From assembly GCF_009914755.1 (NCBI RefSeq), contig NC_060929.1: a stretch of 64,000 bases of DNA; one strand, given 5' to 3'. A model generated the notes under the pieces. That model had not been told where the DNA came from. It was given only the letters and a program-made list of their open reading frames with translations, and made no database searches. The position numbers and the translations under genes were made by a program. The stretch comes from the human T2T-CHM13v2.0 reference genome, Homo sapiens. Positions 1 through 14,042 of the stretch are shown piece by piece (position 1 is the stretch's first letter; each line of letters begins with the position of its first letter).

Positions 1-319
1 TCAGTCAACGTGAGACACCATTTTCAGATATTCCTGGCTGAGTTCCAACCCAATATTCACAAATTCATTGACTTGGTTGGGGCAATGAGGAATGAGGTTG
101 AGGTAGGACTGGGGGAGGGATGGACACAGAGGCCAAAGTGAAAAAGCTGAAGTACTACTTCCATTTGTTATGCAGACATAGAAATAAAATATAACTCCAG
201 CTCCATTTCAGAAATTGCACACTTCCCTATTGCTTATTTTCCATTTTACCTTTTGGAAGATGACACTCTGCTAGCTTTGTGATATTATTATGCATAGATA
301 TTTGTCTATTCATTTATAA

Positions 320-432
320 ATATGTATGTGGGTGTGTATATATATATATACATATATATACACATACATACATACATATATATATACACATATATATATA
401 CACATACATACATACATATATATATATATAAT
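320..432. repeat. (TA)n/(CATA)n compound microsatellite
   Basis: Run of TA, CATA and TACA units; explains the YIYI-type spurious ORFs at 306-666. Confidence 0.95.
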
Positions 433-1822
433 TCACTCAACCCCAAGATATTGTTCCATTCTTTTATACCAGATCTTTGGGCATCTTCTTGGGCAGAAAT
501 CCAAAAATGCTCTTTTGGAATTCTTTTATTTAGTTTGGGCAACCTAAAAGATAAATGTCATAAAAGTCAAAAGGAAAAAATATTCACCTCTATTCAAGAC
601 ATCATGCCCAACCAGCTACCTGAGTTAAATGATTTGTACTCTCTCATTAAGATTTCTATTTATTAAAAGACTTAAAACTTGTTTTCAAGATTTTAATCCA
701 CGTCTTTGGCACATAGCCCTGTGGTGGACTCCTGACCTTACCCAAGTAATGGAGGAGCTACATACACAATTTTTATCTGATAGAACTTGAAGTTGGCTTT
801 CTTCTCTCTCAAATACAGTCCACATCTTCCAAGAAAAAGAGCCTCAGAAGAAAAAGAAGGCAAAATATGCGTCCAGCACTTCAGATAATCTTGCTCTATA
901 TTCCTGGGAGATTTATATTCTGTAGTTTGAAAGCGGCCAGTAGCTTTCATTCATTAATTCACTCACTCACTCACCCTTCATTCATCAAGCCTTTTTGTAA
1001 GTCCCTACAAATTATATGGGAGTGTACTAGGTGCTGAAACAGTACAATCATCAGGAATGAGTCCCTAGCTTATTTTCACCAATGTCCTCTCACCCTGGGA
1101 GGCACAGTCTCTTGTTTTTGTCATGTACAGAAACCCAGTGTTTCATATTCACCTAGCCAATGTGTCAGAGAGGAGTAATCAGCGAACTTCGGGAAGCAGA
1201 CATTTCTTCAGGCTTATTTTGCAAGTGGATGCATAATAATCACTTGAGGAGGATGCTGACTTTATTTTCTAGGCTATGTCAGGATGTCTACAGAGGATGA
1301 TCAGTGAATATATTCAAAGATCCTTGATGGACTAATTTCATTATACTGCACTGGACCCAGGAAATTGTGCTTCTCAAAAGGGTCAGATCAGATGTACTAT
1401 GGCATCTGATGTTTTCTTTACCTTCCGCCATGAATAATTTATCCAAAACCATTCTCAAATTCTGAACAACACAAATAGAGAATGAATTATTAACACAAGC
1501 TTCCTCAACCTCATCATCTTCTCTTCCTTTTTGACTTTATCTTTCTCTTCCCTCTTGTCACGACTCAGTAGGAAAGTCTCTATTCTGGGCTCTTCTGTCA
1601 AACAGCTGTGCACTCGAAGTATTTGTGTCTTGTTTCTTTATCTGTAAAGGGAAGGATTGGATTAAATGATTTTATGGTCTGTCAGCTCTCACAATTTTTC
1701 TTTTTTTAATATCAAGATTTAGGAGTACGAGCGACTTTTCCCTCCAATGCCATTCAACTGCTTCTCTGAATGAGGATTTGAGAAATCTTCATCTAGCATC
1801 AGGTGGAGATCAATGCTTAGAA

Positions 1823-1994
<172 letters not shown>

Positions 1995-3684
1995 TCAAGC
2001 AACCCCCAGAAGAATCATATCGGGGTCTCCAGTGGTGGGGCCCAGGCACCAAGTGCTTCCATCCTGCAGCCACGGTTGGGATGGAGAGACCAATCGTGCT
2101 TCTCTCCTGCACTTAGAGAGGCACTTCTCTCTGCCTCTCACTGAAGAGTTCTTTTCCCTCACCAACACCAGCATCATCGTGTTCCAGGATATTTTGTTTC
2201 TTGTTTATTTTCCCCCCACAGGGAAAGTCAAGCCAGATTCCACTGAAAGTGTAACTTTTGAAGTGAGCAAAGGAAGAAAAATATTAATTGATTTTGAAAT
2301 AAATTCTGCTTTGGAATTGAAAAAGATTCTTAGGAGCCAAAAAAGAATATTAGCAATACTTTTTAATTGACATCTATAAAGACCCAGTAAATAAACCCCA
2401 AACAATATCAACTGGTGAAAAAAAAGCCTACAAATTAATAGTTTAAAAGTTGTATCAGCCATTCGTACGTTTTATCAATCTTTTTAAAGTATTTCATTAG
2501 ATCCTTCATGGAAAGACAAATTATGCCTTCTTGTCATGAAGTTTCTCCAATCCAGGATTAAAAAGTCTAATTTCAAATTTGCCACTAGAAAACATCCCAC
2601 TGCATTGTGAAGATATACTAAGAATGAGTGTAAGCCATCCAGTCACACATTACCAAAAAGAAAACAAATCAGTATCCAAATATGCATATTTAAGAGCAAT
2701 CAATACACAGCCATTGATATCACATCTGTCAGCAACCAACTATCCACCTTCAGAGAACCAGGACTTTCATCACCAAAATCAGGAAAGTTCTGGACAAACC
2801 AAGATAAATTGTCCATCCATTTCATGAGCTTCTCCTTCCCTGTTCTTGAGAAAAGGGAAAAAAAAACAAAAACTGGAATCTCACCTTCGGTTTGTTCCCT
2901 GGCTTTCTCCCTAGTTGATGTTAGAGGCTGACTTGTGCAATTGCCGGCAACTGCTGATTGCTGACACATAGCACTATCCAACACATTTGGGATGTTTGTG
3001 AGGTGTGGCTGATGTCATGGTAAGCAGAACAATATGTTGGTGGTTCTTCAACATTAACTTAAAGATTTTAATACAAAGCCTCCAAGACGCAGTTTCAGAT
3101 GGCCTCTCTGTAGGGCTGGTGTTCGTTCTTTGCTCTCTTGAATCCCTGAAGACAAGAAACGTGAAGAGGAGATGGCTTTGATCATCCACTGGCCTGCACT
3201 GCAGCCATGTCCTTTTCTGCAAGCAGTCTCTTCGTCTCTTACTTCAGGGTGATTGGCAGCTATTTCCCATGCTTTTAGGAATGTATAACCCTTCTCAGTG
3301 CTTGTCCTCCCTTGACATTATCTCCATCCAGATCTATCATGATCCGTGTTGCCTGGAGCTGGAGATGCTGAGAAAAACACATTTCACAGAGCATAAAAGG
3401 CTCAGAAGTATGGTCAGTGCCTAAGCCCTGCTGGAAGTCTTCCAAGAGCCAAAAGCATTCTATTCATAGTCAGCCTCCATGATTCCCAAAACTTACAGGT
3501 GTGGAGATCTGTAAGGCGTGCCTTTAATCCTGTGTCCAGTGAAGGAACACAAAGGGAAAAGGCTGCTTTATCAGCTCACACTGAAGCATTTCAGCAAGCT
3601 TTCACTTACTCCCGTGATGTTAGCATTACTCAAAAATGTTTAGAATTAAGTGCACGTTTTGGGGCAGTCATTAAAACGAATCAT

Positions 3685-4125
3685 TCGGGGCCCAGCAGGA
3701 AACAAATGGCATACTCAAACCAGTGCATTGGAAGAGCTTAGCAAAGGGTCCGTTCACAAGGATATGGGTAGAGTTTATGGAAAGCAACAATGGACAAAGT
3801 TATATCACTCTAAGACCTAAAATGGGAAAGGGGAAGAAACAGTTATGAGATTCCTGACAGGAAGTGATGAGGGCCACCTGCCAGGAATGGTGACCTTCAG
3901 TAGGGGGATACAGCAGACCTGTGGTAACCTGGCAGACAGAGAGAGAGCTTAAGGAATGAATGCCTTCCTTCTCTTCCCACCCTTCAGTCTCCTAGCAATG
4001 CCTGCACTCTCGTTGGTCAAAGCAACCCAGAAGCCAGAGGACAAGAGACCCATTGATCAGACCATGTAGATCACCTTCTGAAATGCAGAGAGGGGTAGAG
4101 TGGTCCTGGAAGGCAAGGAGATCTG
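3685..4125. mobile_element. Ancient ERVL/MaLR-class solo LTR (family unresolved)
   Basis: CAGGAAACAAATGGCATACTCAAAC and CCAGAAGCCAGAGGACAAGAGACCCATTGAT resemble recalled old LTR consensus motifs. Confidence 0.45.
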
Positions 4126-4219
4126 CACTGTTACTCTTATCCCTGTTATCACAATTTCTGGGCACAGTGGAGAATTGCAAGATGGAGTGTAAGAGTCAAT
4201 CTAGTCCAATCCCTTTAAC

Positions 4220-4328
4220 TAAAATGTAAGCTCAAGGAGGGCAAGAATTTTTGTCTAGCTTTGTTCATTGCTATTAGGATAATGCCGTACACATAATAGG
4301 TGCTCAATAAATGTTAGTGGAATGAATG
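4220..4328 (+). mobile_element. L2 3' end fragment
   Basis: TGTAAGCTCAAGGAGGGCAAG...TAGGTGCTCAATAAATGTTAGTGGAATGAATG, a typical L2 terminus. Confidence 0.75.
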
Positions 4329-4643
4329 GTTACGATCACACCACAAGTACCAACTGTGAGTAAAGCCCAAATTTCCCAACTTTCAATCCTGCACTTCTTC
4401 CTTTATTTCTTTTGTGACCATAGCATAGATTTTGAGCAGATTTCCCACAATTGTGGAAGGATTTGTGTGGATCTGTTCATACCGTTTGCCCCAATTTTCT
4501 TTGAGACAGTGATAGGCCGCTCTTATTTTTATAATTTATTCTTTCTCAACCTTCTTGTCCAATGGCCTCTGTGCAACAAACTCCCAGATATTTCTCCCTA
4601 GCTCTTACATTTCTTGAGAGCATCAGCACCTGAATTTATTTTC

Positions 4644-4821
4644 CAGTGCAAACGTCCTCACCCCTGATTACACATTGCAATCACTGTAGCTTTTATAAAA
4701 TACCGGTACCCTGGCTCCACCCCAGAACTACTGATTTAGTAGGTCAGAGTGGGGCCTAGTCGTCCACATTTTTTAACAATTTAGGAAATTCCAATGTGTC
4801 CCAGAGTTAAGAAACACTGCT
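4644..4821. mobile_element. MER5A-type hAT-Charlie MITE
   Basis: GGCTCCACCCCAGA...GTGGGGCC...CCAGAGTTAAGAAACACTG palindromic MER5 architecture. Confidence 0.7.
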
Positions 4822-5959
4822 TTAGTCTCCTCAACTCTGCACATCTAAAATGGAACACACAATTCAGGGTTTTTTTTTTTCCTGATTTTCCTGTCTCTGT
4901 TATAAATTCACTATTTCCCAGGAGCCCATAACCAAAACCTTGGAGTTTTCTTTGCCTTCTTCTCCCACCTTCCTTTAGGCAATTGTTTACCAAGTCATGA
5001 AGCTTTAACCTCACATGATTTGTCCAATTATTTCCCCAACTTCCATCTCCACCGTTGGCCCTAAAGTTGGATCAGTGGCAGCACAGAATGGATGTCTCTC
5101 ATCCTCTAGAAGTGCCCAGCCTCCAGCCTGTGCATATGGAGATTCCAAAGGGGTGTGGCCAGTGTCCACTCCACCCCCATTCACAGTTAAACAACATTTA
5201 GTCCATCATCAGCAACCTTGCAAGCAGATATTATCATCCCCATTTTATTTAAAAGGTTTCAGTCTGAAATGTTGTAAAATCATGACAGTTATATTACCAA
5301 GATGATAGAATCATGGGCAATTTTTTTTCTTTTATCTTTTCTCCTTATTTAGGTTAAACGATGGTTCATCATAGACAAAGAATAAACTCAGTAGGAAACT
5401 CAAGGACTTATCCCACCCATCACATAATAGTAGATCAAATATCAAGACCTAGGAGGAAAAATTTTTAATGACATCTCCCAGACTTCGAATATAAAACCCC
5501 AGGAATATTGTCAACCATAGCTTCTAAGCTGTCACCTTTGCCAAGAAAGCAATCAACTTATTAAGGTCAGGAGATCTTTCCAGATATCTGCCTTTACAGT
5601 GACAGACAAGGTCGTACATGACTTGTCTCCACCAATCCCTTCACCTTCACACCCTCCTGTTTCCCACCCCAGCCACATGGGCTTCTTGCTGTTTTTCCTA
5701 ATATTCCTCACCTCCTCTGAGTAAGGGTGTTTGCCCTAGCAGCTACCTCTACTTGGTGGACTCTTCCCCGAAGCAGCCTCAAATTTCTGACCTCCTCAGT
5801 CCTGGCTCCAATGACCCCCTCTCAATGATACCTTCCCTGATGGCCCTATCTGAAACTTAAACTATCCCCTACTCCTCGATCCTTTCCTTTCATTTATCTC
5901 TAGAGCACTTCTCACCATCTAATGTCAACAAAATCACAGCAAACCCTTCTGGAAGGCTC

Positions 5960-6190
5960 GCTGCATGCTGGACCTGTTCTAAGAGCTTTGCATGCACTAT
6001 TTCATTTAACCCTCACAGCAGCATGGCAGAGTGAGTCACCTGTTGATCCCATTTCACAGATGAGGAAACTGAGCCACAGAGAAATTAAGTAGCTTGCCCA
6101 AGATTACAAAATGGCCAAGCAGCGGAGCCAGGACTGAAACACCAGGAGGTCGGCCTGGAGAGTGCACAGTCCTACCCACTATGCTTTCCT
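5960..6190 (-). mobile_element. MIR (embedded in L2 fragments ~5640-6710)
   Basis: MIR core CCCATTTCACAGATGAGGAAACTGAG...TTGCCCAAG. Confidence 0.85.
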
Positions 6191-6197
6191 TATGTAA

Positions 6198-6673
<476 letters not shown>

Positions 6674-9600
6674 TGACCCACAGTCAATGTCTAATACATT
6701 TGTCTAATTAATTAGTTTATTAGTTAATTGATACATCCCTATTACCCACTTCAGCCACTGGTAAATTTCTGCGTACGTGTTAAGTGCCTAGTAAATATTT
6801 TTTAACATGAAGTAATTCCCTAAGGAGCCTTTTTCTCCCCATACTTTCCCATCCCCTGCTCTGGGAGGAAGCATAGGAGAAGATGTTAGGGTGGAACTCT
6901 TTCCACCTGACTCTTGGCCAAGGCCCCAAAGGCCAAGAACACAACAGTAAGTGCCAAGGGCCCCTTATTCCCAAACCAAGTGCTTGGTCCGTGATGGAGG
7001 ATAAGCAAATGAGGCTGAGAGTCTTTCCCAAAGCCAGATGAGCACGGGAAGCTCACCAAGACAGGCGGCTTCTACCCTGACGTCTCTCAGATTCCCATCA
7101 GCTCCAGAAGCCAAACCTGATAGCAAGGGTGATTCTGAGAGCTGCGTGTCAGCTTTCATCTCTTTCTCTGGGCCAGGCCTGAAATACAAGCAAAAGCCAC
7201 ATCTCAGTACTTAGTCTCAAAGGTGTGTAGCCATCCTAGCCTGGGAACTGGGAAACCTGGGTGAATGGGAATCATCTTCCCCGGCTGTCAGCATGTGCGC
7301 GTGTGCACACACACACTCACACACACACACACCAGCCTCATACTCTGCACCTCCAAGTATCCTTTTCTTTAACCTCATTGGCCAGAAAGCCATTTGAGCT
7401 CAATTTTGGGGACCCCACAGTCTCTATGAAACCTGTGCTCTCCAATCATTGCCCCCAGGACAATACCTGACATAAAATGAACCTGAAGCTCCATGTTAGT
7501 GAATCCACAAGGACATGCAACCTGCTTTGAAATATACTTTAATTCACATTCACCCTGTCCATCCATGCCCAGTCTCAACCCAGTTTGCCAGGATTGAACC
7601 TCCCCAATGAAGACAAGAATCATAACGAAGATCAAGAATCACTTTACTGCAATGCCTGCTTCCCTTTGGAATTAAGCAAGGCCAAAACACCAAATCAGAA
7701 TGCCTCCAGCCTCCTTATTAATGTGTTTTGTTAGCAACAACTGCTTCAACCATGTCTCATCTAACCTTTGCAGAAGAGCTCAGGTTGAATGACCAGGCAG
7801 CCTGCCCTTCCCCAGTGCAACTCTCTGGATACAGTCTCCATCTCTGGGCAGCTGCTGACCCACCTCACCATCTATCAAGATGGCCCTCAGCCCATGGGGG
7901 GAAAAAATGAGCCTGTAATTTATTGCACCCAGCAAAGGCACCCAGGAAGATGGGGATTTGCTAGATCAGTGGCATTGCAGTTTCACATTCCACCCCTCTT
8001 GCCGGAAGCTCTCCCTGATGGCACCTATTGACAACTGTACTTGTGGAAGAACCTGGGCATCCCATAGCACAAGAAGGGAGTATCCGCCAGCAAGGGAGTT
8101 TCATATGACAATCAGTCCTGACAACAGCCTGTGCAGCTCCTCCTGAGCCTGATGAAGATTTGGAAAGCTCAACTCTGTTTGTGTAGTCCTTCCCTGCTGT
8201 TACAGTCACCTGGGAAGAATTTGCCAGTAAGGGAAGAATTGGAGCAAGCTGACCTGGTTGTCTCCTTGCTAGCTCTGGCAGCACATCTGAATAATGGAAA
8301 TAATTGGAAGACAGTGTCAGCTACAGGATTGTGTGGTTACTTTAATTGCCAATTTGCTTCCTGTATAACTGCTCAAGTGTGGGGAAAATCAGTGTATGGA
8401 AATGACACTGCCCCAGACACCTAATTAGCCACATTCCTATCAACTTGGTTTCTGTCTTCGGGCAGAATGTTTGCCATTTGGTGGAGGGAGAGGGCTTCAA
8501 GGTAAGATAGGGAAATAGGGATAAAGAAAGAATAAATAATTCAACAGACCAATTTGCAATAAAATAAGGATGATGATGAGCTTGTCCCTGTGCACCATTT
8601 AATAAGAAAAGAGAGGAATGTACATTTTCTGGGATACTTTGGACTTCAGTAAAACTCCCATGATGGTTACTACAACCCTATTAAACTAAGCAGATAGCAT
8701 TTAGAACACTGAATAGAAACTTACTCTTTCTCACAGTTTGAAAGGAGGCAAGGAGCCTCAATGTTATTCTTTAAAAAATACACAGTGCCAATTGGTAGGT
8801 GCTGGAAATGGAGCCTAGTAATGGAGCCACTCCAGGCATATATACTCCTTTGTGAGAGGAAAGTGCAGTGAACCTGATTTAGCAAATTTATCATCCCACC
8901 CAAGAGCCCATGGGAGCAGTCCTTCTGGAAGACCAGTAAGGTCAATAGCACAAGACCAGCCCCACGATGGGTCCTTGGCATTGCTTTATTCTGAGGCCCT
9001 ACAAAAGATAACCCATACCTATCAATTATCTGCGAATTTCCACCTCCATCTCATAAGTGAATTATTTTTTTAAAAGAGTGGCAGAAATAACTCCCCATGA
9101 CCTCCTTTTCAAATACTGGTGGGTCAGTGGAATTGGCATCTGTACAGAGGGCCCATATTATTATTAGGGGAACAAGGCAGCAGGGAAAGATCCGATTCAA
9201 CGCTTGCATTATCCAGACCGCTGTACTTTAGGGCACTCTTGATCCTGCAGCTATTTTCTACATCCTTTTCCTGTTATGTGCTTTCAAGATACTAATTTAT
9301 TTATTCGTGCTTCAGTGAGACTTAAGTTTATGATGGTCAATAAGCTGACACTGCTGTTAAATGATGCAAGCTCTCTGCTGGGGAGCATTGCCAGGTTGGA
9401 GGGAGAGGGTGCTTCTCTCACAGAATTCTTTTCCCATTCTCTGGATGAGTCTCTAGTCACAAGCTTAATTGTGTATAGCACTGACCACTGTCCACAGTTT
9501 GTTGAGTTGAGACCACGCAATTTACTTTCTTTTGAGTTTCTGAGAAATCTGATGAAACCCTAGACATTGAAGCCACTAAACTTATTTCCATTCATTAATA

Positions 9601-9749
9601 GGCAAGGAAATCATTTATTCTTTTCACTGAACTTCTCTACACAAAATGAAATACTCAGAAAATAGGCATAAATGTAGATCACGAAATAACATTGGCTTTC
9701 AACTTTAGTTCACCTGCTTGAAAACATGTTCATATTCAAACATAAATGA

Positions 9750-10191
<442 letters not shown>

Positions 10192-10649
10192 ACTGTGATC
10201 TTAAAGATCTTAAATGCCAAAAGGAATATCCTGATGGGAAGGAAATGGCTCCACAAAGCTAGGAAATGGCTTGTTTCCAAACCACCTGCTCCATACTGCC
10301 GTTTCATTCACAGCCAAATTCTTCAACCTAACTTGGGTGTCTCTATGGGACCAAACTTCTCCAAAGGAACCTCCTCCAATAGCCTTCTTTATTCTGACCA
10401 CTTTCAATGTGTTGCTTTCTTGCCATAGGCCTTAAATAACCTTGCTTCCAAACATTTTTCCCATCCTCTTCTAATTTTGTCTTATCATTAAGCTCCCAGC
10501 TTCTAGGAGAACGTCTCAGATGAGCTCTTCTACACTGTCCCTCCAGCATTCTCTGCCCAAGCCTGGCATGTGCTTTGCACCACTTTGCTTACAGATACGG
10601 TACTTTGGCTTACTCTTGTGTCTGTGCTATGCACGCACTTGGGGATGTG

Positions 10650-10676
10650 GTGTGTGTGTGTGTGTGTGTGTGTGTG
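10650..10676. repeat. (TG)n microsatellite
   Basis: TG run directly left of the MLT1A LTR. Confidence 0.95.
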
Positions 10677-11030
10677 TCTTAATCACTTTGGGCTGCTATA
10701 ATAAATTACCATAGACTAGGTGGCTTATAGGCAACAGAAATTTACTTCTCACGTTTCTGGAGTTTGCAAGGCCTAGATGAAGTCCCCAGCAGATTCCATG
10801 TCCGGTGAGGACTTGCTTCCTTGTTCACAGATGGCATCTTCTCGCTGTGTCTCACACAATGGAAGGAGCAGGCAGCTCTCTGTGACCTCTTTATGCTGGC
10901 ACTAAGTCCACTCATAAAGGTTCTGCCCTCATGAACTAAGTACCTCCCAAAGACCCCAACTCCTAATATTCTCACTTGGGGGGTTAGGATTTCAGCATAT
11001 GAATGGGGGGCATAAACATTCATATTAGAG

Positions 11031-11031
<1 letters not shown>
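10675..11031 (-). mobile_element. MLT1A-type MaLR solo LTR
   Basis: TGTCTTAATCACTTTGGGCTGCTATAATAAATTACCATAGACTAGGTGGCTTATA...AGAAATTTACTTCTCAC...CATAAACATTCA. Confidence 0.85.
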
Positions 11032-11070
<39 letters not shown>

Positions 11071-11081
11071 GTGTGTGTGTG
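11032..11081. repeat. (TG)n microsatellite
   Basis: ~25 TG units directly right of the MLT1A LTR. Confidence 0.95.
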
Positions 11082-11454
11082 ATGTTTCTCCAACTAGCTC
11101 TATAGATTCTGGAATTCTGTTATTTATATTTTACATTTCTGCTTGCCCAGATCCTCACAGTTGGTAGATGATCAAAACAACATGCTCATCAAATGAACCA
11201 AGAGAAGGAAAAGCCCTTCTTGAAATTTAAAAATTCAACCCCCGAGCCATCCTTCTCATGAAATCATCCACAATATCCCCCACTCACCACACCAACCCAT
11301 GTTAGAATTAAATAAATGTTCCTTTGTCTGGGCTCTTAGAGAGCTTGGCGTTTTCCTTTTAGCACTTGAGCACATACTCTGGCTTGTCATATATCTGCTT
11401 GCATGTGTTTTTGTCCCCTCTGGGCTGTGACTGCACTGAGATCAGGAATCGTAT

Positions 11455-11625
11455 TTACTAAGGGTCTACTGTGTGCATGATAGCAGCTTGACACGCGAAT
11501 CTCTAATCCATATAATGGCCATTCTGTGTCGATATTAAAATCTCCATTTTAAAGATGAGAAAACTGTGGCTTATAGAGATGGAAGTAATACACAGTGGGT
11601 AAGAAGCTGAGCTATGATGTTGTTC
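11455..11625 (-). mobile_element. MIR
   Basis: CTCCATTTTAAAGATGAGAAAACTGTGGCTTATAGAGA core. Confidence 0.7.
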
Positions 11626-13542
11626 TCAAGGTCATGCTTCTGCTCCTCCCCTGTGTTTTCCTGTAGGAGAGGGGTGCCGAATTCTCGTTCCCTAAGACTC
11701 CAGGCTTCTCCCTGTCCCCTTACTCCCTCCTCCTCAGAAAGCTGAAAAGCTGTCTCAGTGTGATGGTTTTGTCTGGAAGGAGAACCTGGAGGCACTTTCT
11801 TCTTCTCTTCCTTTCTCTTCCATTTTTCTCTGCTTCTAATCACTGTAAGTCTTTTGGAAGAAGCTTCGGTTCCTGTAGCCAAAGGCATGGGGGATTGTAG
11901 TTTGGGAGATCTAAACTCAAACTCACTAATACCTAGCACGGTATGTCAGCAATCTTAGAAAAGAGACCAGAAGTAAAATTTCAGAAGAATAAAATGTATG
12001 TAGAGCGTTTGAGCCAGCAAAGTGGATTTGAGCCTTGGATCTTAGTGTATGAGCAGGTGTTTTAACTTTGGAAGGTTTAGAGGATCATACACAATGGTTA
12101 ATACAACTGTGAAATTGGATTTTAACCACTACAGCCCGGGCAAATGCTTTAAGCCTTGAGCTATGTACTACTTGACCTTGGTAAGTGGCTGTGGCATATG
12201 CCTTTGTTCACAGGCCATTGACAGCTTACAGAGAGGCAGGGTTGCTTGCATAGTGCCAAAAGCTGATAAGGTGTCCCAGCCTCATCAAAAGGGCAAGGTA
12301 GTTCAAGGATTAGCGAAGGCACAGGGGACCACACAGCCACCAAAAAGCTAAGCTTAGTTCACACAGGTGTCCTCCATAGATGGTGTCTCTTGGAGCTTGT
12401 GAGCCAATCCTGGCCCTACAGGCTCAACACAGGTGTGGGCCGTTAGCATGTGAAGGTGGCCTCTGCATACAGGTGCTTCAAGGGGCCCTTGACCTACACA
12501 GGTGCAAGATTTCCTAAGCAGACACAGGTAAAGCAATGATTCATCTATAGAGAAAAGAGAACTGAGACATTAGGGTTCGGAACCTATTTGCTGTTTTTAA
12601 ATTACAGTGCTAGAGAATTGCATTTGCACTGCAGAGCACTAAGTAAGGTTCTAGATTTAAATTGTTAGTGCCAAGCATAAGAAGGCAAAGCAAATGGAAA
12701 ATGCGAATTAGGAGGTGATGAATATGGTGGATGGCAAAAATAGAAAGATCAATTACTGGAGATGGGGTGACCATCATGGCAAATTTCTAGTTTGCAACGA
12801 GGTATGCTAGTATGATAGTGGAGGTGTACATGTGTGGATTTTCCTCCCAGACATGGTACCTGCCCTTGCTTGGAGACTGTTTTTCCCCATTATGTTTTTC
12901 AAAGCTCATGAATTCATGACAACTAGCATCATCTGGAGAAGACAGTAGCTGGGCAGATTTCCCTAGCTATCTTATCCCTGACTCATCTGATTCTCTGCTG
13001 TTTTCTGTGACAAACTACTTTGCTGGCTTCTAGAAACCTAATTTTGCTGGAAATAGCTGCCCCTGGAGTTAGGAATGGGCTGCTTTGCTCAATTTGGTGG
13101 ATGTGGGGTCAGGGTTCTGATATATGTTCTATTAACTCTTTAAATTATTTTATAAGAATTTTTTTTTAATCTTAAGGAAACCAGAAAATAACAAGTGTTG
13201 GTATGGATGTGGAAAAATTGGGTGGCGAGTTGGGGGAAAGAAAGGCATTGAAGAACTTTTGACTGAACTAATATCACTTCTGAGACCTAAAAAGAACTAT
13301 GCCCATTCCAGATAGAAACAAACTAGGCATCTCCCTAGACTACAGTCCTCAAAGTATGGCTCATCGGCCATTAACGGTTCTCCGGACATTTTCAGGGGTT
13401 CTGCCATGTCAAAACGATTTTCAAAATAAAAGTAAGATGGTATTTGTGAGTCTGTTTTTTCCATTTATTGACATTTGCACTGGTGGCACAAAAGCATGGG
13501 GAGGTAAAGAGCTTGCCCTTAGCATATGTCAAGACACAGCAC

Positions 13543-14042
13543 TGATGGGCTTCAGGACATGCTACTCCAAAATATGGTACCTCGACATTTGAGAAAACAG
13601 CAGAAACAGCAGAGGAAGGTCCCCTTAAAGCAAGCCATAAAACGTAGAAAGAATTCTCTGACCTTCCTCTGGACCAGGTCATAAGACCCTCATGTGAGAG
13701 ATGCCCACCCTATACCCAGAGGAAAGAGATGTCCTTGTCTCTGCAGACAGAAACACAAAGAACAATGTAGACAAACAGGACTTGCTAAGTTTCCCCCAAC
13801 TTATTACCATTAAACCATACCCCTTTTGTCCAAGCATACTTTTCCACAAGTATTCACTTCTTCACCAAACTTAGCATAAAAAGATATAGGTTCCCCTATT
13901 CCTTTGTTTCTTCATTTCCTTATGAAGGCTCCTATGTCACGTAAAACTAATTAAGTCAATCTATCATTTTTTATAGGAACCCTGCCATGAACTTTGCTAC
14001 AGGTGAGGAAAAGACACTACCTTCTCTCTTCTCTCCACTATG
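13543..14042 (+). mobile_element. MER31 (ERV1) solo LTR nested in Charlie1a
   Basis: Starts TGATGGGCTTCAGGACATGCTACTCCAAAATATGGTACC...TTTGAGAAAACAGCAGAA; flanks GCAC/ACAC. Confidence 0.8.

Noticed and set aside
306-666. Y/I/H/T-rich ORFs
   Set aside because: Translation of a TA/CATA microsatellite
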